Of a DNA stretch of 64,000 nt, positions 17,521 through 27,087 are shown piece after piece. The DNA lies in NCBI GenBank assembly GCA_050950765.1, contig JBMNIF010000002.1:320001-384000 (forward strand), in the 5' to 3' direction. The stretch comes from Bdellovibrionota bacterium. Its GTDB lineage: Bacteria; Bdellovibrionota_C; UBA2361; JAAYZI01. Made by a program: the position numbers and the translations under genes. The first letter of the stretch is position 1. Each line of letters opens with the position of its first letter. Under the pieces are notes generated by a model. The model was given only the letters and a program-made list of their open reading frames with translations, was not told the DNA's origin and did not search any database.

Positions 17521-19443
17521 ATGGGAATTATCAAAATTGCTAGTGCTGCCTTAAACCAAACAGCTTTAGACTGGGACTCAAATATCCAAAATATCAGATC
17601 TGCTATCCATGCTGCTCAGGAAAAAGAAGTTTCATTACTCTGCCTACCCGAACTGTGCATCAGCGGGTACTCTTGTGAAGACGCTTTCTTTAAGCCGTAT
17701 ATCATAAATGAGGCATTGGCAGAGCTTAGTAAGATTGTAGAAGAAACAACCGATCTTATCGTCTCGCTAGGTCTACCGCTAGCTTTTGAAGAACGTGTTT
17801 TTAATGCCGTTTGCTTATTGTGCAATAAAAAAATTTTGGGATTCGTTATAAAGCAGAACTTGCTAGATGTAGGGTATTACCAAGAATCACGTTGGTTTAG
17901 TTCTTGGCAAAAAGGGCTTATTAAAAAGATAACTATTGCAGGGCAAGAATATCCCATCGGTGATATCTCTTTTAATTGTAATGGCATAAGCATCTCCGTT
18001 AAGTTTAATCAAAGCACCCTTCAGAAAACAGAACAAACTCACCCCTCTGCAATCGTCTTATGTCCTGCTGCTGATTACTTCGTATTTGATAAAACAGAAG
18101 AGAGGAGAGAAGCTCTTTGCGTTGCATCAAAAATATTTAACAACACATACCTGTATGCCAATCTACTTGGTAACGAGAGTGGTGCAACTATTTTTGATGG
18201 TATGACTCTTATTGCATCAAACGGAGATATCAAAGCCTACGGCCCTCGTTTTTCATACGGTGATTTTCTCTTAACAAGTTGCAACATAGATATCCCTCAC
18301 CTCCATAAGACAACAAAAGATGCCGTTACCGTACCGTTCTCTTTTCCACAAGCAGCAGCACTACCTACACAATTAAAGGTACAATCTTGGGAGAACGGAC
18401 ACTATCTTAAAGAAGAGGAGTTCTGGCGCGTAGTAGCACTCGGAGTCTTTGATTATCTCCGAAAATCCCACTGTAAAGGAGTTGTGCTCTCACTAAGCGG
18501 CGGAGTTGATTCAGCGACCTGCGCCTGTTTGGTAGCACTTATGATAAAGTTGGGACTTTCTGATATTGGGAGAGACCAACTATTAAAAAAATTAAACCTC
18601 GTCTCTTCTTTTGGCAAAGACGATCCTCTTTCAGAGAAAGATATCGTACATAAACTATTTACCTGCATCTATCAGCACACTCGTAACAATTCAGATACAA
18701 CTTTTAATGCTGCTAAGAAGCTTGCCGCAACTTTAGGAGCAAAATTTATTGCATTGGATATAGATGATCTTGTTAGCAGCTACCTTACTGCTGCAGAAAA
18801 AGAGCTGGATAGAAAACTAACTTGGGAGCAAGATGACCATGCTCTACAAAACATCCAAGCTCGCGTACGCGCTCCTAACGCTTGGCTTTTTGCTAACTTG
18901 GCTAATGCCCTACTTCTTGTCACTAGCAACCGCTCTGAATTGGTAGTGGGCTACACCACTATGGATGGGGATACAGCTGGTGCCTTAGCCCCACTAGGTG
19001 GAGTCAGCAAACCGTTTTTACGGGATGCTCTTATCTGGTTGGAAACAGTCGGACTAAATCAAGAATTAAAGATACCTGAGCTACACGATATTAATATACA
19101 GAAGCCGACAGCAGAGCTTCGTCCCACTTCATCTAAACAAACGGATGAAGATGATCTGATGCCTTATACCATCCTAAGCGAGATAGAGGTGCTCGCTACA
19201 ACAAAACTTCTTAGCCCAAAAGAGATCTTAGTTACACTACAAAAAGCACATCCTGAACTTGAGACAACTACTATAACCAATTGGATTAAAAGATTCTTTC
19301 AACTTTGGAGCCGCAATCAGTGGAAACGAAAACGCGCAGCTCTCTCCTTCCACTTAGATGAAGCAGTCCCTAATCAAAGAGATTGTTGCAGATTTCCGGC
19401 TATTTCCGGCAACTTTGAGAAGGAGTTGGCAGAGTTGGATTGA
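17521..19443 (+). CDS. nadE: NAD(+) synthetase, two-domain nitrilase-fusion type
   Basis: N-terminal CN-hydrolase (LPELCISGY), SGGVDS, QNIQARVR, TSNRSE, GYTTMDGD, PTAEL, NQWKR. Confidence 0.93.
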   Translation: MGIIKIASAALNQTALDWDSNIQNIRSAIHAAQEKEVSLLCLPELCISGYSCEDAFFKPYIINEALAELSKIVEETTDLIVSLGLPLAFEERVFNAVCLLCNKKILGFVIKQNLLDVGYYQESRWFSSWQKGLIKKITIAGQEYPIGDISFNCNGISISVKFNQSTLQKTEQTHPSAIVLCPAADYFVFDKTEERREALCVASKIFNNTYLYANLLGNESGATIFDGMTLIASNGDIKAYGPRFSYGDFLLTSCNIDIPHLHKTTKDAVTVPFSFPQAAALPTQLKVQSWENGHYLKEEEFWRVVALGVFDYLRKSHCKGVVLSLSGGVDSATCACLVALMIKLGLSDIGRDQLLKKLNLVSSFGKDDPLSEKDIVHKLFTCIYQHTRNNSDTTFNAAKKLAATLGAKFIALDIDDLVSSYLTAAEKELDRKLTWEQDDHALQNIQARVRAPNAWLFANLANALLLVTSNRSELVVGYTTMDGDTAGALAPLGGVSKPFLRDALIWLETVGLNQELKIPELHDINIQKPTAELRPTSSKQTDEDDLMPYTILSEIEVLATTKLLSPKEILVTLQKAHPELETTTITNWIKRFFQLWSRNQWKRKRAALSFHLDEAVPNQRDCCRFPAISGNFEKELAELD

Positions 19444-19633
19444 TATTTCACCCCTTCTTTTCTCGGTTTTCTTAATGGGTAGTACCACTTTTCCTTCCCA
19501 CAATGAAAAGAGATTTAGGTCTATCTCGCTAAATTGTAACAAGGTATTAGGCGTTAGTTGCTAGATTTTACTTATTTTTTATCTAACAAATTTACTAAAC
19601 CTATTTTTCCTGCTATAACATCCTAACTTTGTT

Positions 19634-19709
19634 GGCCCGATAGCCAAGTGGCTAAGGCAACGGTTTGCAAAACCGTCATTCGTGAGTTCGAATCTCTCTC
19701 GGGCCTCCA
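19634..19709 (+). tRNA. tRNA-Cys(GCA)
   Basis: Acceptor stem GGCCCGA/TCGGGCC, U discriminator, anticodon arm ACGGT-TT GCA AA-ACCGT, GTTCGAATC, CCA. Confidence 0.96.
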
Positions 19710-19714
19710 TTGAT

Positions 19715-21667
19715 TTATCTATACTGTCTCAGCAGTGCCTTCGTTCTTCTCTGAACGTTTTTCCAAGCAGCTACATTCTTCCGCCTAATTCCTCTTCTAA
19801 CGGAACGTTTCAGAACGAAAACTTCCTCAATAAGGATATACTGTTCCTCCAAGAGCGCTATCTCTCTGTTTATCTTTCTTCCGATATTAGCCAGTCTCCT
19901 GTTATTCCCTGATTTTACAAGTCTCGTAGCTCTTCTCGCAAGCTTATTGATCTTCTGCAAAATCGCAGTAACGTAATCATTAACAGCAGTGAGTTGTATA
20001 ACGTACCCTCCGACCTCATCGTTTAGTATAACTCCGACGGCAGCTGCCTCCTGACAATTAAAAGTAGTTACACCATTACCGAACCAGCCACTGATCCACC
20101 ACGGTGAAAACTCCGCAGCATCATCTGCAACGATAAACACGAAAGAGCTTTCAATCCCTTTAAGAGTGAAACTTCCATCTTCAGCACTTTCAGCAGAGGA
20201 AAGTCTATTACCGCCACAGATATTATCATAAGCGCTAACGATAACACCCCTTACAGGAAGTCCATTAACATCAATAAGGTGTCCACTTACAGATCCGGAG
20301 AGACCGAGTGTAAAGTTCACCTCTGAAAAGGTTTGAGTGGATTGAATCGGTATGCTCTTCGCATCCTCACAAACTCTTGTGCCAACACCACCATCCCAAT
20401 ACCTCTCAACAAAATACGTACTGTTAGATACCCATCCATCCAATAGTAATGTATCAACAAAAACATCTCCCTCTGGAACTCCTGTCATAACGTAAGATCC
20501 ATCAGCAGCAGTTACAGCGTCTGCCAACCAACCTCCTCCGGCACGACATGTTTTTGAGTAAGCTTCAACGATAACACCAGCCACAGGATTTCCTGCATAA
20601 TCAAGAACTTTACCGGTAATAGCTCCACTTAATCCCAATTCAAAATTAATATCTGTTTGCGTTTCACGAGCAGTAATCATAACAGCTTCACCTTGCAAAC
20701 AATTTGAGGTTCCTCCACTACTTGTCCAAGCACGATCGAGATAATACCTACTAACATCAGACGATCTGGTATTAAGATAAACTTCCATACCCACAGGAAG
20801 CCCACCTTTTATATATGTTCCGTCAGCGGCTGTCTCAGCAAGTGCAACTCGATCTTCTCCACACGGATCTGTACTAAAGATAATATAAGCACCACTTACA
20901 GGAGAACCTGCAGCATCAATAACTTTTCCTGAAATAGCACCACTATTTTGTAAATTAAAATTAATCCCTCCCGTATTTCTCTTTGAACTAATCGAGATCG
21001 CATCAGCAGCTTCACATACCTGCACACCGAAACCGGACTCTATCCAATATTGATTGCCGTAATATAAGGAGACCCCTTCCGTATCAGCAAAAGCAAAGAC
21101 ATCTCCTGTCGGCAATACATCTGAAATAAATTCACCGTTCTCTTCAGTTTCAACAGTTGATAATACCGTGCTATTATCACTACAAGATGTCCTAAAACTA
21201 ATCTTTACACCCTTTACAGGTTTTCTATTAAGACCACGTACTATTCCTGAAACCGTTCCACCCTGCAGAGCAACTACCTTAACACCTGTTTTAGTTGTAT
21301 TTTTCGGGACAAAGATGCTTTCAGCATCTGAACAATAGAAAGATCCTCCTTGTGTGTTTAGATAAGTAACCGCAGCATAAGCGCTCTTAAGCTCTTTCCC
21401 TGTATTTAAAAACACATCTTCAGGAGCCGCCACCCCTTCTTTATCAACTAAACGGAGAGTAAACTCGCCACGAGTATTGGTTATGGTAGTTTCATAATAG
21501 GTTCCGCTACAACCACCATTTGATGCTGTAACAGTTATACCACTTAAAGGTTTTCCTTGTTGGTCTTGAACTGTACCTTTGATAACACTCTCAGCAGCAG
21601 CGGGGGTGCTTAAAAATACAACTGATAATAGTACCGCGATACAAGATATTTTCTGTTTCAACATCAT
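19715..21667 (-). CDS. Exported protein with five carboxypeptidase-regulatory-like (prealbumin-fold) repeats and a basic C-terminal tail
   Basis: Signal peptide AAA-E; five GxxxGxVxDxxGxPxxG repeats, each with a Cys pair; Arg/Lys-rich last ~85 aa. Confidence 0.85.
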   Translation of the reverse strand: MMLKQKISCIAVLLSVVFLSTPAAAESVIKGTVQDQQGKPLSGITVTASNGGCSGTYYETTITNTRGEFTLRLVDKEGVAAPEDVFLNTGKELKSAYAAVTYLNTQGGSFYCSDAESIFVPKNTTKTGVKVVALQGGTVSGIVRGLNRKPVKGVKISFRTSCSDNSTVLSTVETEENGEFISDVLPTGDVFAFADTEGVSLYYGNQYWIESGFGVQVCEAADAISISSKRNTGGINFNLQNSGAISGKVIDAAGSPVSGAYIIFSTDPCGEDRVALAETAADGTYIKGGLPVGMEVYLNTRSSDVSRYYLDRAWTSSGGTSNCLQGEAVMITARETQTDINFELGLSGAITGKVLDYAGNPVAGVIVEAYSKTCRAGGGWLADAVTAADGSYVMTGVPEGDVFVDTLLLDGWVSNSTYFVERYWDGGVGTRVCEDAKSIPIQSTQTFSEVNFTLGLSGSVSGHLIDVNGLPVRGVIVSAYDNICGGNRLSSAESAEDGSFTLKGIESSFVFIVADDAAEFSPWWISGWFGNGVTTFNCQEAAAVGVILNDEVGGYVIQLTAVNDYVTAILQKINKLARRATRLVKSGNNRRLANIGRKINREIALLEEQYILIEEVFVLKRSVRRGIRRKNVAAWKNVQRRTKALLRQYR

Positions 21668-21892
21668 AGGAAAGCCCTCTAAAAAGTTTTATCAAGTATG
21701 AAGCTAATTAAATCCTTACTCAAATCTTTTTAAATATCTATTTTTTAATTCTCTCTACTAAGGGTCTAAAAAACGCCCGTCTCCTTAGAGATCCGATATA
21801 AAACGCTAAGTGATTCAGATTACATCCAAATAAAATCAAGAAATTAGCACTTTATCCTTAAAAGCGATCCGATTTTTTATATCATCCTTATT

Positions 21893-24775
21893 TTATTGAC
21901 TTTTTTCTTCCCAACGCCCTGCACCATAAGAGTGGAAGTTATCTTTTACCCATTCTATAAAAGGTTTCTCCGGAAAGTTTTTATTTCCCTGCCCGAGTTG
22001 AAAGATCTTTATAGCCACCGCCTTTACATGTTTGGGAAAGTCCTCCTGCCATAAAAATTCTGAAAAATATCTCCAAGAAAGGTCTTTTGTTGCGATCTCC
22101 GTAGCCACTTCAGCAATAGCACGACCTTTGTACTTTCCAAAATTAAAACATGGACGTAACTCACCTTCAACATTAGCCCATTTAAAATGCCAAGTCGGAC
22201 CTATCTTCATCCCCTCAACAGGAGTGATCTGATAATCCTTAGCCTCAAAGTGCTTAATCTCATTTACAAAACTTTTTGAAATATAGTAGGTATCACTAAA
22301 TTTTTCTTTAACCCTATTAGGAGCAGCTCCGTCATATTTTGAAGCTATCTCATCAAGCTTTTCAATAACAGTTTGATCTAGCTCATCAAAGCTAAGCCAT
22401 TTACTATCAAAAGTGCTTTTAAGCTCTTTCAATTTAGTTGGAGTAATGTAGCTAAATCCTCCCTCTTTTTCTCTACATAACTCACTCCCAGAAGCATTAT
22501 GAAATTTTAATTGATTATCTTTGATAAGCGAACCGTAAAAAAACACTCCTCTATCCCACTTTTCTTTAAAGGCTAACAGATCTGCCAAATCTGCTTCATT
22601 TAGAGAAGGAGAACAAAGTTCCAACTTTTTAGCGTTCGGGAGCCACGTTGCACATAAAAAGAGACGTTTTACTTCATCAGATGTTAGGTAATTGTACTGA
22701 AGCAACTCTTTTGCATTAAAATCAGAGATAGAAATAAATGGAGATGTTATGACCTGTTCCGCATCGCGAATTATTTGTGGCGGAAGATCACTAACGTGTA
22801 TATATTTTGCAGCTTTCGCCTGTAAACGTTCCAATTCATATCTGATCCTTTCTGGATACAAACCAAGCGAAATACTTTTATCTATGAAATCTAATCCGTA
22901 TGGAAGAGCTGAATTAAGGTTCCTTTCCCGTACGCATTCCCAAACATTTTCAAATGCTCTTTTATCAGATCCCGCCAACGTTTCTAAGGGACGATAGCCT
23001 TCACCGAAAGGAAGTGTTATAGGTGTATCTTTGAATTGTAGAGGATCAACATCTTCACGATCAATATTTAAAACTTCTCCTTTAGCAGTTGCCGCCTCTT
23101 CAAGGTAGCGTAAACGTTCCTGCAACCCTTTAGCTTTACGATAAGCCACAATTACGGTCTCAACCATTTTTGTAAAATCAGAGATAGGTGCTGCCTGAAA
23201 CAAACGCTCTTCGACACCAGCTGTCATTTTGTTCAAAAAGATACCGTCCTTAATCGCCTTAAATTCTTCTCTTGTAAATAATGCGTCTTTCTCGCCTCTC
23301 CCCGATTGGCTAATAATTTTAGTGCCAAAGATCGTTTTACTTAAACGCCCTAGCGGAACAGACTCACTTAAAGAATCAGGTCGAGTCTTTCCATCTTCCA
23401 CAAACAACGCTTCAAAAGACTTTAGTGCATACTCAAACTCTTCTCCATACCGATCGTAACACCGTTTATTTAAAGCATAACGGATCTGCATCAACGGGAT
23501 CTTTTCTAAAATATCGGCAAACTCAAAGACTCTCATTTCAGTAGTGCCTGTTCCATAGAGCTCTTGCAACTGCCCCTTAGCAATTTGTATCTTTTCTTGC
23601 CACTTTCTTTTTAGCGGATCATCTTCCGCTAATTTTTTAAATACTGAAATATCACTTTCAATTCCAGCAAATGCAATTCTTTTATCTAAAAAAGAGTGTA
23701 GTCTGGAATATGAAAGAAGTGCTGCACAATAAAACCTCTCCTCTTCTGGAGAAAGGTACACGCATGGATCAGAAAAAGCTGCATAAGCCTCCAAAACTGC
23801 TTCCGGCAACAATTCGCCTGTATCAATTTTGCGTTGAAACCATTTTAACAATCCTCCTCCTAAATCAGCTCTAACGTTAAAGCTTTCAATAGGAGCAGCA
23901 CCATTAAGATAACAAAAGGAATCAAGGTGCGACTTATAGGAAATAATCAAATTCTGCAATTCTTTGTATAAGTTCAATTTAGAAGAAAGTAGCGGGCTTT
24001 TAGTTGCTCTCTCTGATTTCGGATGCGCTTCCACCAGATCTTCAAATGTTAAAGCACCTAAAGCATCCCTTAACGCACTAGAACGACGCTCCCTGACCAC
24101 TTTCTGCTTTTCTTCAGAAAATTTCTCCGTCGCAAAATTTTCAAAAGGTCCAAGGATAGCCTGTCTACGTCCGAACAATCCAACTGAAGTTGCCGGAGAG
24201 TCAGGATCAAAAACCGTATAAAAGATATCTTCCCTTTCATTAGTACGTCCTAAAAGATGTCCACTAACACCACGCACCCCTTCACGATGTGATGTTGATT
24301 CATCGGCTTGATCGGAACAATCTTCTATATTTTTTAGAGATTCCCCTTCTTTTTGAATTTTATTTCTCGTTAAAATTCTAACTTGCGCCCGCTCTGTTGC
24401 AATAAACGGATCATTAGTCCCCATATGTTTGAGAAGATTATCTAAAATATCGATACGTGGCTTGTAATTGAGAAAGATTTTTAACAATTCATCTTCTCGT
24501 CCAGGACTTGTGCGGTGCACACCGTTTAACATATCAATCGTTAAACGCGCATGCTTAGGCCCCTTTGATAGTAGCACCCTTAAATTATTCAATCCTTCTG
24601 AAGATAACTTCTCTAATACAGATGTGTTAAGTCTGGCTTCTTTTGCACTTTTCCTTATATTTTCTGGGATTTTTTTTGTTTTACTAAGATCAGGCGTACT
24701 TCCAGCGCCAAAAAAACCTAAACCTGTATCAGGAGCTCTTAACTCCATCTCTTTCGTCTTACCTAAGAACATCAT
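21893..24775 (-). CDS. Large orphan protein with C-terminal FGKYKG (ExoX-C/DUF3820-like) domain
   Basis: 960-aa ORF, GAGG RBS; C-terminal FNFGKYKGRAIAEVA...W..DFP motif. Confidence 0.75.
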   Translation of the reverse strand: MMFLGKTKEMELRAPDTGLGFFGAGSTPDLSKTKKIPENIRKSAKEARLNTSVLEKLSSEGLNNLRVLLSKGPKHARLTIDMLNGVHRTSPGREDELLKIFLNYKPRIDILDNLLKHMGTNDPFIATERAQVRILTRNKIQKEGESLKNIEDCSDQADESTSHREGVRGVSGHLLGRTNEREDIFYTVFDPDSPATSVGLFGRRQAILGPFENFATEKFSEEKQKVVRERRSSALRDALGALTFEDLVEAHPKSERATKSPLLSSKLNLYKELQNLIISYKSHLDSFCYLNGAAPIESFNVRADLGGGLLKWFQRKIDTGELLPEAVLEAYAAFSDPCVYLSPEEERFYCAALLSYSRLHSFLDKRIAFAGIESDISVFKKLAEDDPLKRKWQEKIQIAKGQLQELYGTGTTEMRVFEFADILEKIPLMQIRYALNKRCYDRYGEEFEYALKSFEALFVEDGKTRPDSLSESVPLGRLSKTIFGTKIISQSGRGEKDALFTREEFKAIKDGIFLNKMTAGVEERLFQAAPISDFTKMVETVIVAYRKAKGLQERLRYLEEAATAKGEVLNIDREDVDPLQFKDTPITLPFGEGYRPLETLAGSDKRAFENVWECVRERNLNSALPYGLDFIDKSISLGLYPERIRYELERLQAKAAKYIHVSDLPPQIIRDAEQVITSPFISISDFNAKELLQYNYLTSDEVKRLFLCATWLPNAKKLELCSPSLNEADLADLLAFKEKWDRGVFFYGSLIKDNQLKFHNASGSELCREKEGGFSYITPTKLKELKSTFDSKWLSFDELDQTVIEKLDEIASKYDGAAPNRVKEKFSDTYYISKSFVNEIKHFEAKDYQITPVEGMKIGPTWHFKWANVEGELRPCFNFGKYKGRAIAEVATEIATKDLSWRYFSEFLWQEDFPKHVKAVAIKIFQLGQGNKNFPEKPFIEWVKDNFHSYGAGRWEEKSQ

Positions 24776-24938
24776 AAGACCTCTTTATTAATATTGCTTA
24801 AAAAGTTTTAATACAGGTTTTTATGAGAGCACTATTTTTCTACTGATGCCCTCTTTTTAGCGTCACAAGCGTAATCAAATTACACTTTTTAAAAACCATA
24901 CGCAAATAAAGGTGCATCTCAATGAAGTATTTTTTGAG

Positions 24939-26936
24939 CTACCTCATCAATCCGCAAATATGATCGGCGATTTTAGAAGGAGTAAAGCCGAAATGATCAG
25001 CTAAGACTTTAGCGGGGGCAGATACTCCAAAAGTATTCACTCCATAACAGTAGCCGCCACAAGCTCTATCCCCGACGAAGTTATTCCAGCCAAAGGTATC
25101 TCCCGCTTCAATCGTAAATTGCAGCGATTCATACGGAATAACTCGGTCTATATAATCACCATCCTGACTCATAAACAGCTCCCGACACGGCATCGAAACG
25201 ACTCGAGCAGGAAGTTTTCTAGTTGCTAAAATCTTTGCAACCTCCACACCTAAAGAAACTTCGGAACCCGTGGCGATTAACACGATATCCTTATTTTCTT
25301 CACCGCATACGATATAACCACCACTTAAGATATCTTCCTCAAGCACCTTTCCTTCCCTTTCAAGGGTAGGGACTTGCTGTCTGGAAAATATTAATGCACT
25401 CGGCTTATCTTTTGTTTGCAAAGCCTTCCAATAACACAACGCTGTCTCTAGCCCATCAGCCGGACGAAAAACTTGCAAGTTCGGAATAATACGTAAGCTA
25501 TTAATCTGCTCTATCGGTTGATGTGTCGGACCATCTTCACCAACATAAAAGCTGTCATGAGAAAAAACAAAGATCGTTTGTAGCTTTGCTAAAGCCGCCA
25601 TTCTGATAGCTGGTCGCATATAATCAACAAAAGCTAAAAACGTTCCTGTAAAAGGGATCCATTGTTGTGTATACGCCAACCCATTAGCGATAGCTCCCAT
25701 GGCATGTTCACGCACACCGTATCTGATATTGCGCCCGAGATAATCAGGTGCTTTTAAATCAACTGAACTCTCTATATATGTTTTGTTAGAAGATTCTAAA
25801 TCCGCAGAGCCTCCAATTAACCACGGCAGATGCGCTGCTATAATTTGAAGTGCTTTACCGGAAATATTTCTGGTCGGAGCAGCTGGCAGTACACTTAACT
25901 CTTTTACCAATTCATCTTTTAACGCCACCGGAACTTCCTGCTGTAATTGAGCACGCCAAGCGGCAGCAGCCTTTGGTTTCGCCTTACACCACTTCTGATA
26001 ATCCTGACACTCTTTTTCGTATTCTTTATACTTATCGGCAAGACGAGCTGCACAAAAATCGTAAACATCTTCAGGAACGAAGAACTCTTTATCGGGATCC
26101 CAGCCTAGACCTTGTTTAAGGAGCTTAACCTCTTCCGCTCCTAAAGGTGCACCGTGACAATCTGCGCTATTAGCTTTGTGTGGACTACCTTTTCCAATAA
26201 TAGTTTTTGCACAGATTAAGGATGGCTTTTTAGTTTGCTTTAGCGCTTTTGCGATAGCTTCTGAGATAGCTTGATAATCATGACCATCTATACTTTGCAC
26301 ATACCAACCTTGCGCTTTAAAACGTGCTGGAACATTCTCTGTAAAGCACACATCCGTTGAACCACCGATCGAGATCTTATTATCGTCATATAAACAGATC
26401 AGGTTATTAAGCTTTAAATGTCCTGCTAAGGAAGCAGCTTCATAACACATCCCCTCCATCACATCGCCATCACCAACCACGCAAAAGATCCTACCCGTTA
26501 AGCACTTTTTCTTATATTGAGCCTCAATCTTTTTTGCAGAGATCGCTAAACCTACACTATTTGCAAAGCCCTGCCCTAGTGGACCCGTACTGGTTTCAAC
26601 GCCGGAGGTAACACCAAACTCAGGATGACCTGGGGTTTTACTCCCTAGTTGTCTAAAAGCTTTAATATCATCTAAAGAGAGATCATAACCGAAGAGATGC
26701 AACAATGAATATAACAACATCGAGCCGTGTCCAGCAGATAAAACAAATCTGTCACGCGCACACCATTGCGGATCTTTGGGATTAAAACGGAGGTAATACG
26801 CCCACAAAACTGCTGCAAAATCAGCTGCTCCCAGTGGCATCCCTGGATGCCCACTTTTTGCCTTCTCGATGGCTTCTGCTGATAAAACACGAATAGTAGC
26901 GGACAACTTAGCAAGAGCAGCGCAGTTCAAAGTCAT
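24939..26936 (-). CDS. tkt: Transketolase
   Basis: SGHPGMPLG, RDRFVLSAGHGS, TPGHPE, GDGDVMEG, GVREHAM, GEDGPTHQP. Confidence 0.97.
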   Translation of the reverse strand: MTLNCAALAKLSATIRVLSAEAIEKAKSGHPGMPLGAADFAAVLWAYYLRFNPKDPQWCARDRFVLSAGHGSMLLYSLLHLFGYDLSLDDIKAFRQLGSKTPGHPEFGVTSGVETSTGPLGQGFANSVGLAISAKKIEAQYKKKCLTGRIFCVVGDGDVMEGMCYEAASLAGHLKLNNLICLYDDNKISIGGSTDVCFTENVPARFKAQGWYVQSIDGHDYQAISEAIAKALKQTKKPSLICAKTIIGKGSPHKANSADCHGAPLGAEEVKLLKQGLGWDPDKEFFVPEDVYDFCAARLADKYKEYEKECQDYQKWCKAKPKAAAAWRAQLQQEVPVALKDELVKELSVLPAAPTRNISGKALQIIAAHLPWLIGGSADLESSNKTYIESSVDLKAPDYLGRNIRYGVREHAMGAIANGLAYTQQWIPFTGTFLAFVDYMRPAIRMAALAKLQTIFVFSHDSFYVGEDGPTHQPIEQINSLRIIPNLQVFRPADGLETALCYWKALQTKDKPSALIFSRQQVPTLEREGKVLEEDILSGGYIVCGEENKDIVLIATGSEVSLGVEVAKILATRKLPARVVSMPCRELFMSQDGDYIDRVIPYESLQFTIEAGDTFGWNNFVGDRACGGYCYGVNTFGVSAPAKVLADHFGFTPSKIADHICGLMR

Positions 26937-27087
26937 TTTTCCCCCTTGGATAACACTCTATTACAGCGAGCATATACTATATTATATGCTTCCATATTCC
27001 AACACAAAGACAATATAGATCTTTAAAGGCATACTCAACAAACGGTTAAGAAGCTAAAATTACTACCTTATTTTGCAATAGCCTGAC

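Noticed and set aside
19709..24775. Genomic island integrated at tRNA-Cys
   Set aside because: No integrase, and I saw no duplicated tRNA 3' end flanking the two accessory genes.
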